Origin: Heptranchias perlo
Taxonomy: Eukaryota
DNA length: 64,000 bases
Assembly (NCBI RefSeq): GCF_035084215.1
Contig: NC_090346.1
Span: forward strand, 38,626,001 to 38,690,000
Reading direction: 5' to 3'
This document shows, piece after piece, positions 1 to 11,600 of this stretch. Below the pieces are notes generated by a model. It did not search any database. It was not told the origin of the DNA and worked only from the letters and a program-made list of their open reading frames with translations. Within the stretch, counting starts at the first letter, position 1; each line of letters opens with the position of its first letter. A program made the position numbers and the translations under genes.

Positions 1-330
1 TTTTTTGAACACCTCCCACTAATCTTCTGTCATTTTACCCATTAACAGATTTACCCACTTTACTGTGGACCCTCTGACTCATTCCATTGAAGTCAGCCTT
101 ACCTAAATTTAGAATCTCAGGGAGAAACCCTTATCAGCTACTTTCAAACACAACGTTGAACTCAATCATATGATCGCTATTAGATAAATGTTCACGCACC
201 GTCAGGCTGTTAACTAAAATCTGGCTCATTACTCATTATTAAATCTAATATGGCCTGCCCCCTTGTTGGTTCTAGGACATATTCTTGCAGAAAGCTGCCT
301 GAACACAAGAAATTCGCTCCCTATTCAGTT
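1..330 (-). mobile_element. Degenerate CR1-type LINE fragment, endonuclease (APE) C-terminal region
   Basis: Minus strand reads EYVLEPTRGQAILDLIMSNEPD followed by a degraded SDH-like segment, typical of CR1 ORF2 endonuclease. Confidence 0.7.
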
Positions 331-1452
331 TTTCAAAACCCGTAATAATTTTAAAAACCTCAAATCTCTTTTCAGACTTTCCTGCTCCAGTGGAACTAGC
401 CCTGGAACATAAAGTCTCTTCACAACTAGTTTCCCAGCCCTGGCACATTCCTAGTGAATCTACACTATACACCCTCTATGGCTTTAATGTCCTTTCTAAA
501 ATATTTGTACAAATTTATTACTACTTTACTACTGAACTCTGTCTCTATTTATCAACCCAAAATGCTGTGACTGCAGCAATAGAACGATATCAGCAGCTGC
601 ATTTACTACTTGTATTTTTTATTTATTCTTCACTCACTCACTCACTAATTCAACCCAGTAATCCATTTACCATTCATCCTACTGGGAGAATGGGATCACA
701 TGGCTTTCCTAAAGACATTAAAAAGCATAGGAAGACTGAGAGAAAGCAGCTCATTTACAAATCAAATCAGAAAATTTTTGTAGAAGTAAAATGTCGACCA
801 AAATTTTAATATTCATCAGCGCTGCAATCAAGCCCTTCCACTTGAACATTCTTCATATGAATATCAATAAAAACTTGGCAGTTATTAAATAAAATACTCC
901 TCACTTGGGTACATAAGAGATTGGTAATGCATGTTGAAATAGAATAAATAGAACTGAAAAAGATTCTGCCTTTCCGTATCAGCTTGTTTTAGAAAATGTG
1001 GCCTGCTCCAAAACAAATCCAATTTAACAACCAAAATTTTGTACAGTACCTTTGATAACTTCACAACTGGAATGACTGTGCCACATGCAATAGTGAAAGA
1101 GGGATAGAGATAGAGAGAAAACAGAACTAGATTGCGTAGGAAAGAACAAGAGAAACCATTGCAGGAAGAAACAAGTGTTTTAAATCATGTATAATACAAT
1201 GTAAATCAAGTATAATACAATGTATATTATATCGTAAAACATCCCCATTATAAAACATCATGTCCTTCGACTTACCACAGCAACATAGGTTTTTTTTAAA
1301 GTTATATTATGTAATACTGTTACTTTTAGAGGGCTTGCTTGTTGAAGATTCAGTTTGTACCTTCCATAGAGTTAACATTGCTTAGCTGTTATTGTATATA
1401 CACAAATGCATTCTTGCCCTATAAAAATACACTATAGTGCATTAATGAGTAC

Positions 1453-1650
1453 ATAGAATCGTAGAATGATACAGCACAGAAGGAGGCCATTCTGCCCATC
1501 GTGCCTATTCCGGCTCTTTCAAAGAGCTATCCAGTTAGTCTCACTCCCGTGCTCTTTCCCCGTAGTCCTGCAAATGTTTCCCCTTCAAGTATTTCTCCAG
1601 TCCCCTTTTGAAAAATTATTACTGAATCTGCTTCCACCACCCTTTCAGGT
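1453..1650 (-). mobile_element. CR1 LINE 3' end fragment
   Basis: catagaatcgtagaat...cagcacagaaggaggccatt...gcccatc is the reverse complement of a CR1 3' tail; similar to 20309-20520. Confidence 0.75.
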
Positions 1651-1802
1651 TGTCCATTTTTCTACATACCAGAGAACCCTTAATATATTTATCTAAACTC
1701 TCCTCTCATTGAGCATGGATTTTGCTGTTTGCAAACCGATGGTGCAGCTTCTCTCGCGACCCCGCTCCTTTTACACCGTTATTCCAGTCGCCCCGCGGCG
1801 GA

Positions 1803-1905
1803 CGGTTACCCCGGCCCCCGGTTACCCTGGTACCCGGTTACCCCGGCCCCCCTGGTACCCGGTTGCCCCAGCCCCCGGTTACCCTGGTACCCGGTTGCCC
1901 CGGCC
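1803..1905. repeat. GC-rich minisatellite of alternating 16-bp units (32-bp higher-order period)
   Basis: Units cggttaccccggcccc / cggttaccctggtacc alternate about 6.5 times, with one truncated unit. Confidence 0.9.
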
Positions 1906-2064
1906 GCCCTGCGGCAGTTTGTTTATTGCCGCATTTCGCACTCTCTCCCCGCTAACCTCTTCCCTTTGGGGGGGGGGGGGCGGGGGGGAAGAGCCATTAT
2001 TCTTTTTCTCTCTATCTTTCTCCCCTTCCCCCCCAAGGTCGAGCTCCGTTGGTGCCCAACTCAC

Positions 2065-2100
2065 CAGCACCGCTCTCTCCGCCTCACTCGGAACCGCCAT
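2065..2100 (-). CDS. ROGDI: ROGDI (protein rogdi homolog) coding exon 1; remainder of gene outside window
   Basis: AGGATGG Kozak, MAVPSEAERAVL then GTGAGT donor; matches recalled ROGDI N-terminus (..AAERAVL|EEEF..) and the human neighbour order ROGDI-GLYR1-UBN1. Confidence 0.85.
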
Positions 2101-2399
2101 CCTGTTTACTGAAGGACAAGAGAACAGGGCACTGCCGGTATCCGCGGCAAAATCACTCCGCCCCACACCTGCTGTGTCCCGGTATCACGGGTCCCCGGCG
2201 CCTCGCTGCAACAGCCTGCATCGGATGATTCCCCTACTGGAAGAAAACGCAAAGGAACACACCTGCCATTAATGCGGTGACCGAGGATGGGGCCGCTTGT
2301 TATCGGTGAGATTCTACAGCAAATACAGATACGCGATTTAAGTTACTTAAAAACATTCATTTTCCCCCCCACACGAAACGTCCTAAAAATAATAACCCA

Positions 2400-3235
2400 A
2401 ACGAAGGAGGGAAATAGTAGGAGGGGTAGATTTTACAAAGATGAAGAGTTGAAGGGAGGGAATTCTAGCTTATGGGCCCTAAGGAGCTGAAGGCACAGCC
2501 GCCAGTCCCAGGCCAAGTGGAAGGGGGGGGGGGTGGATGTACCCGGGCAGAGTCATAGGAATTTGGGAAGGGGGCATTCATTTGTAGGATTGAAGGAGGT
2601 TACAGAAATAGGGAGGGTCAAGGCAATGGAAGAAATTAGACAGAAGGCTGTGAAGTTTAAATTTGAGGTATTGTAAGACAAGAAGCTGCCACGGCAACAA
2701 TAATAACTTACATTTGTATAGCCCCTTTAATGTAAAAAAATTAGGAGCTTCACAGATATAATTGGACAAAAATGGACACAACCAAAGGAGATATTAAGAG
2801 GGTTGACCAAAAGGTTGGTCAAAGAGGTGAGTATTAAGGAGGCAAAGTTAATGGGGAGTGGAGTATGGGGCCTAGAGGGCTGAAGGCATTGCCACCAATT
2901 GAAGGTGAGGGGGATGCACAAAAGGCCAATTGTCAGTGGCATGTTCTTAGGGCTGAAGGAGATTACAGATTATAGGGCAGGTTGAGGCTGTGAAGGGAAT
3001 TAAATACAAGGGTGAGAATTTTAAATTGGCGGTACAGGTGGACTGGGAGCCAATGCGGGTCAGCAAAGACAGAAGTGATGGGTGGGCAAGAGTTGATGCA
3101 GAATAGAATACTAGAAGCAGAGTTTTGGATGAGCTGAAGTTTAGAGAAGGTAGAGAATGAGAGATTGGCTAGGAGAATATTGGAGTAAGAGTCTGGAGGT
3201 GACAAAGGCATAAATGAGGATGGGCTAAAGGTACT
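2400..3235 (-). mobile_element. L2-type LINE 3' fragment(s)
   Basis: ORF 2963-3286 contains KLQLIQNSA..PITSVFADPHWLPVH..FKILTLVF, the L2 ORF2 C-terminal signature. Confidence 0.7.
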
Positions 3236-4679
3236 CTTCCTCTGAGGGTTATTTCTCAGTTGCATTATTGAGTAGAAATTGAACATTTATCAAATACCCA
3301 ATATATTTTTAAGCAATGGTAAGTGAAACAGCTCTCCTGCCAGGGTAGTTTTATAGGGAACACTATACTGCATCTACCCAACTCAAATATGACATGCTAT
3401 GAATTAGAAGTTATTGAATTAACAGTGCCCTAGATATAAAGGCGGTTTTCTTTTTACATTCACACAAACTCACCAGAAAAAATTAAGTTGCATTGCCCAC
3501 CCTCCCATTAAAATGAGGAGCCTACTGCACCCATTAAATCATGGTTTTCAAAAACTTGGACACAGAAAAAGGAAATGATGGCTATTTGGTTGCACTGATA
3601 GTGAGTAGAAAACCCAAAGAATGCAAGCTGGGAGAAGAAAAAAATTGAAATGTAACTAAACCCAGTATGTAGAAGAAAATGGTATGTAGCAGTTCAGGTA
3701 TACTTACTGCCATCTGTGCCATCATGATGTCCTTGTCAAATCTAGGGGTTAGCTAGTTCTACTGTACAGGACGTAATTATAAGACAGCACTTAAGACAAC
3801 TACTCCAAGTACTGTACTTATAGTTTAATAAAATCATCCTTGAAGCATAGTATGCCATACCACTTCATGACAAACTAATTCTGAAAACAAGAAATTCTTA
3901 GATGGTGGAATTTACTGCTGAACATGTGCTAGCAAGGTTCCATGGGATCTAAAATATAGCTTGATTAAGTGTATACATTCTAGGTATTTTTGTACATGTG
4001 AAACGAGTCACACTTTAGAAATGCCAGGGTTATTTATAATGAACACAGAATCTGGAACAAGTTAGATTGTTTATTCTCACCTTAGCTTCCTAAATGTAAT
4101 CTTACATCTGTTGCATTATTTCAGATTCTTAAGTCAGCTTCCAAAATTAGCTCAATGTACTTCCAGAATTCTCCCCTGCCAAATCTTGTTATGGTAACTA
4201 GCAAGATTGTGTAAGACAGCTGCCCATGTGACTCAGTTTCTAATCCTCTTCCTTTCCCCCCCACCCACTCCCACTATGCAAGCACCTAGTCTTTCCTGAA
4301 CGATGCCTCCAAAAAATCTGAAACTTAGACCTAAATATATGAGTACATTTTCTAATTTATGATGCAATACTTTAATGTTATGCCAAGTTTTGAATTTCCT
4401 GTTCTGTTCCAATCCCTCATCTTCTCCAGGTATATTCCAGTGTCTGCCAGCTTTTCTCATGCCACAGTTCTACTTTGTACTCACTATTGGTTGCTGTGAT
4501 GTTATCCAGGCTGACCAGCGAGTATTTCCCCATTTAGAGTTTTTTGGCAGCTGATGTTTATCAATGACTTTAGCCATGCCTAACTGTACAATGATGTGGA
4601 AATGCCGGTGATGGACTGGGGTGGACAAATGTAAGGAATCTTACAACACCAGGTTATAGTCCAACAAATTTATTTTAAA

Positions 4680-4718
4680 ATCACAAGCTTTCGGAGATTA
4701 TCTCCTTCGTCAGATGAT
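4680..4718 (-). ncRNA. Minimal type I hammerhead ribozyme motif (mirror copy)
   Basis: Reverse complement of 4723-4761. Confidence 0.65.
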
Positions 4719-4722
4719 AGCA

Positions 4723-4761
4723 ATCATCTGACGAAGGAGATAATCTCCGAAAGCTTGTGAT
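4723..4761 (+). ncRNA. Minimal type I hammerhead ribozyme motif
   Basis: AUCAU-CUGACGA-A-GGAGA-UAA-UCUCC-GAAA-GC-UU-GUGAU: stem I, conserved core, stem II, palindromic AAGCUU in place of stem III. Confidence 0.7.
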
Positions 4762-5284
4762 TTTAAAATAAATTTGTTGGACTATAACCTGGTGTTGTAA
4801 GATTCCTTACATTTAACTGTACAATGAGGAAAGCTCTAGATTAAATCTGTTTGTCAGTCATCCCTTCACTGAAAAAATTAATGATAACAAAATACACAGA
4901 CTTTTCTGAACACATTAACAAAAAGCAACATTTCTGTTCATGCTCAGTTAGAGAAATCAATCATATACACTCCCTTGACCTTGTATGGGAGACATGTAAT
5001 CAGAACTGATCTGGCAACAAGTTGAACACATGTGGAAGTCCCATGTTCATAAGGCACTAGAGAACAAACCAGTCTCCAGCCATTTTGATGTTGAAAAGGG
5101 AGTTATCAGTACTCATACAAAAAAAAATCAAATTGCACAAGGTGCACTTTGTTCAGTAAATAAGATTTAGATTCTTTAGCTCAAAATTGGAATCACCATG
5201 CGAGAAACCAAGATTTAAAAAAAATCTCAGCTTGGTGTTGCGCACTAAAATAAAATGCAGACACAATTATTAACCAGTTTCCTG

Positions 5285-8200
5285 AACAGTAAGAACAGCA
5301 TTTATTGACCAAGCTAGACTGAAACTTAATACATTTAAAAAAAACTGAAATGTATCCACTACTTTCAAATACTCATTTGACAAATTGTATACAATTTTGT
5401 ACATAACAAAATAGTTTTGTTATGGATCCATAAAAATAGCCAATTTCTGCAATATTGATCTTAAAATGAAATACCATAAGCTATATAAAAATGCAATGAC
5501 AGGATATTGTGTAGGTTTGATGCAAATTAAATCCAGGCTGCAAAGAGCAAGAAAAAGGGGTACCATAATTTCACAAAAATACTACAGTAGTTTGTGTTCA
5601 CCTATAGGAACAAATGTTCTTTATACGATACAGGTTATATCTGTAGCCATTTACTTAAGACCTTTGCAGAAGGCTTGCCAGTGATAGCTTTACAAATTAA
5701 CTGGTATTTTTCTTGAGGGTGAAACTCTGTAGATCTGTATGCGAGTAATCTGGATCCCAATCCTACCCAATAGATGTTGAATGATTATTAATGGGTGAAC
5801 ATGGACGGCATTACTGTATCTGGGGTGACATTTACCTGTGGAGTGTATTTCCAGGTAGGTTTTAACATTTAAAAAAAAAACAATTGTAGGGGGTGCAGGT
5901 TATTTTTGTGAAACTATAGCACTAAATATGCACCATTCTCTATCACAGATATAGGTCACTCTGTGCATTACAAGGCATTGGTTTAATAACTCAAGTAATC
6001 AACCCTTTGATGCCAAGTGGAAGCACAATAATGGTTTCGTGCAAGATGAAAAAAATTATTCAGGAATCATTAATTACATTACAATTAAATAAATTCTCGT
6101 TCCAAAAGTTAAGTTACAACACATAGAAATAAGATGTGAATGGCTATTAGTGTTTGTAAGCCTACATTTTGATATGTCCTGAAATCAGGTTCTTTAGTTT
6201 CTGAAACACCAAATACAGGAATGACTATAAAGTCGCATTAGAATTTACAAAAAAAAGTGGTTCTATTCACAATTATCTTTAATCCATCAGTGATGTACAG
6301 TAGTCTCATGACCCTCGGCATTCTGCAATAAAATGTTCAGCTTGAACGAAAGAGCAGGAACAGCCTTCCAGATGGTGAACTGTGCCATCATCCCTTTTTT
6401 AAAAAAACTGGAGGTGCCATACTGATCTTCTCACTGGACAAGCAAGCTGAAGACATCTCTGCAGTTTATATATTTGGTTGGAGTGATTAGCAGCATCCAT
6501 GAAAACTCAAACCCACAATTATTGAGGTAAACATACTCTTTCACATCCACCACCATCTGCCCAACTTTTGTGTACAACAGTTATCTCGAGGGTTTCCAAG
6601 TTTGGTAAAAAGTGATAGAAGTCTGAGCCTTGGGTGGAGACTAGTCCTGAAAACAGGCTATTTGAATATTTTATTTAAATATTCTACTTGTGAATAGAGC
6701 CACAACAAAGCTATCAAATGGGTTCAATTCTCATTGTATATAAGGGCAGACTCTTACTTCAGAGCATGCAAGATACAGAGGTCACACAAAGGCAAAAGTT
6801 ATTCTTGTTTGATGGCAACTGATATTTTTGTAAATGGTCTCATGGGTAGGACGAGCAGACCGTAGTAATATAGGCACAGCCTCAATGAGCTGCTGACAAT
6901 CAGGGGTGTGCATACATTTTAGATGATGGACTTCTTTTCTAACTATAGTGTCCCTTGTTCCAGAAATCCAAGGTTCAATCCCAATCAAATTTGGCCATTC
7001 TACAAACACATTAAAAGCTGCTTAATGGAATTTGACCCATCTTTAGGTCCAATAGATTAGACATGGTCATGTTGAACACTTGCCCATCATGCTTTGGTGT
7101 AGCCAAAAGTGATCACATGCCTTACAAAGTAAAGTGACCCAAGATTACATTGCACACCCACTCCATGCAACAATAAGGTGTCGTTAACATAAAAGCAATT
7201 AAAAGTAACTGGTGTCACACCCAATTTACATTCCCAAGTAGCATCTACATCCGTATATAATCAGTACAAAGACCCACAAGGATTATGGACCTAAAACGCT
7301 ATTGATAGGTTTGCATAATATTTATTTTTAATTAAGTTTATGGCCAAGAAAAAAAAAATTGCTTTTAAACCAAAAAAGGTAAATACATACAAGATTTTAA
7401 AAAAAACCTATAACTTTAGGTTGAATCCAAAATTGCAAAATGGTTTAATGTACAGGATGGGGTTTATTAAAAATGCTGAGCAAGCTATGCACAGAAAAAG
7501 GAATTTACTCGGAAACCTCTCCAGCATATACTGCTGTTTTAATACTGCAATATTCTTATAAAAGGTCCTTAAACATTGGAGTCAAGAAAAAAAAACCTGA
7601 GGTCAACCTGATCACAAAAATCATTAAAAACCTTGTGGAGTACTACACAGAGGCAACCGATAACAATGCAGCAAAATATATTTTCCTTTTGGAAAAAGTA
7701 TTCATAAGTCGCAAAGATTATGTACAGGTTTTTAACACCCAAAACAAAACCCCTCACATACAAGATAAATGTTAGTAACAACTAGACTGAGTCTGGTTTA
7801 GAAGCCGTGCAGACTTTCTTCCAATGGCATTTTGTGTTTTTTCCACTGCTTGCCTGAGCAAATCCCTTTCCCTTGAGTACAAACCACATGGAAACATTAT
7901 GTAGGACACCAGTACAGTAAATGTTTCATTTTGTACAGAACAGCAATACCAGACATTCTGATATATATATATATATATACAACCCACATTGGTATCACCA
8001 AGTTAACCAGAGTACATATTCACTAAAGTATCACCACAGTACAGGCCTGATGCTTTTTCTATGTAGCCCACTTTTCTCCCCAGCACTCAAGATATTGCTT
8101 CATGGATCTTGTACTTTGTCACTTATGACTTGGTGATACAATAATGTCGATCTGATGACTGGCAGTACCAGCACTGGGCTTGTATCAGCAGTTACCACAT

Positions 8201-8556
8201 CAGGAGGTAATTAACCAATTTGGTAAAAACAATTGTAAAGGGTTAACACTAGCATACACCTTTTGTCAACAACCCATCTTTCAATAAGTAAACTTCTTAC
8301 ACCATCCTAACAAAATTACAACAAAAAAAAAGCAGCAGATGGTCGGCACATGCTCATTTCACAGTCTCAGAGGTGCCACTTGTCAGTGCATTAATGAGAT
8401 TTGGCTGGGTATGGACCATCAATCATCCTCAGTCACCAGAGGAAAAAATTTACAATGGCCAGTGTGGCAGATTAGAGCAGTTACTGATAATGGAAACATA
8501 AAAACCAAAACAAATGGTCCAGAATTTAAAAAGAAACAATTAAAACATTGTAGCGG
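5285..8556 (-). other. GLYR1: Probable long 3' UTR of GLYR1 with alternative poly(A) signals
   Basis: No recognisable repeats for ~3.3 kb after the stop; AATAAA on - at 7463-7468, 7321-7326 and 5301-5306, the last followed by U-rich sequence. Confidence 0.5.
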
Positions 8557-8631
8557 TCACTGGTTGCAGGCCAGGTATACTGCAGACATATCATTTTCAG
8601 ACTGGTCCAAGGCCTTCGCTTTCTTAAACAC
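8557..8631 (-). CDS. GLYR1: GLYR1 exon 16 (last)
   Basis: TAG|[24 protein letters not shown]. Confidence 0.93.
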   Translation of the reverse strand: MFKKAKALDQSENDMSAVYLACNQ

Positions 8632-11600
8632 CTACAGGGAAAATAGCAAATCAAAAAAGAATGATATTAATGTTAAAACTGAACAGAATAGTATCCCATA
8701 AATTGCCACAACAAAATTCACAAATCACTGCAAAACTGTCTGGGAAAGGTGCTAAGAGACCATGGGGAAAATCAAATGAGGAATAACCCTGCATTGCTTT
8801 CGAACATCCTACTAGTCAGTTACAAAACTGCACAATGCCGAGGTACGAAAGCCAATAGATCCAATTCGTTTTTAAATGCATTTGAGTTGACACAAAATGG
8901 ACCAACATAAGCAGGATCCAAAATTCACGTTAGCTCCCATTAATTTTTAATGATGTAGAAATAGTTATGTGGCTGTTTATTGTAGGTTTCAGAACTATAG
9001 CAAAGGAAAACCTGATTAAATAAACCTAGTTTATGCAGCACCTTGCCTCATATCTGTAATACCGATGTTCAACATCATAGCAAGGACACTAATGTGGTAA
9101 TACCCTGTCTGAACATCAGCATTCTCAGATACCTGCAGATGGGTAGAAAGGTAAAATAATTTTAAAACACACCTTTCCCTGAAACAGAATCTATATTAAC
9201 AAATTCTAATATCTCCAACAGAATTAAATAATTTCAGAAGCCCCGATTTTAAACTCGGGGCAGGCGGGGGCCAAGGCAGACGGCAAACCGTCCTGATCAC
9301 GGCAGCTTGAGGCCTGGGAGATTTTAACTCCTGGGTCTCCATCTGCATGCTCCCTGTCAGTTTCCCGGCCAAAGGAACGGTCCCCAGCATTTAGATAAGT
9401 CATGGGGAGGCGGTGGGGTGGGCTTGTAACTTGGGAGGATGCCCAGATCAGGGGAAGCATAAACTTTCCTGCTCCTGCTGGCCTCCAGAAAAGTCAAAAA
9501 AGCAAAAAGGCTCAGCTTTTTGGGCCTTTTTTGGCCCCGACCCCTCTTCCCGCTAGGTGAACCCGGAAGGAAAACCACAACAGCTTCCCTGCTCAGGCCC
9601 AGAGTGGGAATAGCACTCGGGCAACAATGACATAATCGGAGCCTGATCTGCATATTTAAAGAAGGACCCCATCTGTTTCTGACAGGTTCCCTCTCGCTCA
9701 GCAGAAAAGTTCAAATCAGAGCCTGCAGGAACAGTGTGGGATGTCGGTGGGCGAGTCCCACGGCAATTTTAACTGCCCGCCCAGTTTCTGGTGCTTAGGA
9801 TTAAATTATCATCCATAAAGATACTTTGGAGAATTGAAGCAGATCAAATAATTTAAATTGAGATATGGCACTTGTCCCAAGTACAAGTACCTTGTGTTCT
9901 GTAGCAGCCTCTCTAAAGGTTAACTTACACTTAAGAAGCAAAATGGCGCTAATTACAGAGCTATATATCAAGCAGATTCCCTTGAGTAAAAGTTACCATT
10001 AAAAGGTACTTCATAGTGCAGTATCCCTACTGAAAAACTTGGGAAAGCTAACAGGGACATAGTTCTAAACCAAATTATTTCCTAATTACTGATAAAACTC
10101 ATCAAGAAACAAAATCTGACATGCCATCTCAAATATTACAGCATTTCACAATGTAATGATTGCAGTGGACAATACAGCAATCTACCTTATCATTTTCAAT
10201 TTTATTATCTTTTCACCTCTAATGCAGTCTCTGCTATGCTCAGTGTATCTCTCACCAAACAGAAAATTTAAGGTAAAACTAAATGGTATTGTGGATACAA
10301 TGCAGTGCAGGACCACCAGCTGTGACAAAATATGATACAACAGGGGTAGATTTGTACTTGCAATCCTTCAAATACCAAATTATCAATAATTCATAGGGAA
10401 AAGAATGAAGAAAGCCTTGCGGAGACATTTTACAGATACACAAACAGCACAATAATTGAGCTTGGAATATGGACTCAGAATTGACATGTATCAACCATGC
10501 CTCCAAATCCTGCAACAATAATCCATAAATATGATTGATTAAAACACAAACATTGACTACATAAGACAAACATACAAAGATAAACTACTGATCTAATGGT
10601 TACAGAAAGAAATAAGGGTTCATTTTGATATATAACACACTAGTTTATCATGCAGCTTAGAAACAGGTCAATTATACACATTTGGCTTAAAATTTGAAAG
10701 AAACAGCAGAATACAAAGACCAACAGGGACAGAGAGTACACAGCAGCAGAGTAGAAGATGTGAGAAATTTTGAGCCAGGTAGATTAATATAAATAGAAAA
10801 CAGTTTCCCCTATTTTCTTGAGGCTGTGATTAGAGATAACACTAAGCAACAGTCTGTCCCAGTGCCAAATGACATTATATGCAGAGTTTTCATCATTCCG
10901 TTCATATAATGGATTTTCACCCAACCAGTTTTCCTGTTCTGGAGAGCATATCCCTTCCAGTCTACACATTATTCCCCCCACCAATCAGGGAACCAGTCCC
11001 CGGTCCTCTGGGAAAGCTGTTCTTTATTGAGTGCCACTCTGAACAGTTCAACAGATCAGGACCTCAGTGTGTGGAAGTCACAGATATCCCATGTTGTCCC
11101 ACTCTGATACAGGGAGCTAGTCCAACATTTTTTATTTTAAAATTTGATTTGCAAACAAACATCAGGGGCATAACATGTCCAGAACTTACTTCATTGGCCG
11201 CAGCAGCCATTGGAGTTGAATGATTGACAGAATCACCCATAGCAATGGCTAACCTGAGGTCCTTTTGTATGTGTTTCAACAAGAAGTCAGGCTTGAAGTT
11301 TCCCTGTAAAATACCTGATAATGAGAGAATCACTAGTGGATACAGTTAGTGGTTTTGGAGGTAATTTATTGTTACATGTAATAAATGTTAGAACATTGTT
11401 GTTATGGGTGTAAAAAGATGGCTTTAAATTTTTTTTGAAATTACAGCTTTAAGATGAGAAAGATTTAAAAATAAAGTTAGAATTATCTGTAAATATACAG
11501 GCCAGTTTTGAGTAGAAGTAACTGATTTAACACTGGTTGTGTTCATGTGAGCAACTAACCCACAGCTTCCTCTCCGTTCTTACAGCCAACTAAAAAGCTG

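Larger units (their letters stand above)
1740..2340. promoter_or_regulatory. CpG island / promoter of ROGDI
   Basis: GC- and CpG-rich block in a CpG-depleted background, spanning the ROGDI ATG; GC box ccgcccc near 2158-2164. Confidence 0.75.
4595..4814. mobile_element. Penelope-like element remnant: inverted pLTR pair (92-bp arms) with 14-bp TSD
   Basis: Arms 4627-4718 and 4723-4814 are reverse complements; taactgtacaatga at 4581-4594 and 4814-4827. Confidence 0.8.

Noticed and set aside
1709-2272. Pro-rich ORFs of 187, 127 and 77 aa on +
   Set aside because: Products of the GC-rich minisatellite and CpG island, antisense to ROGDI exon 1
4627-4814. Palindrome as a MITE, terminator or CRISPR-like repeat
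   Set aside because: Long 14-bp TSD, asymmetric extra sequence and a non-palindromic homologue at 47316-47400 fit a retroelement pLTR; eukaryotic context and no spacer array
5382-5397. 16-bp palindrome aaattgtatacaattt
   Set aside because: Short and AT-rich; plausible by chance
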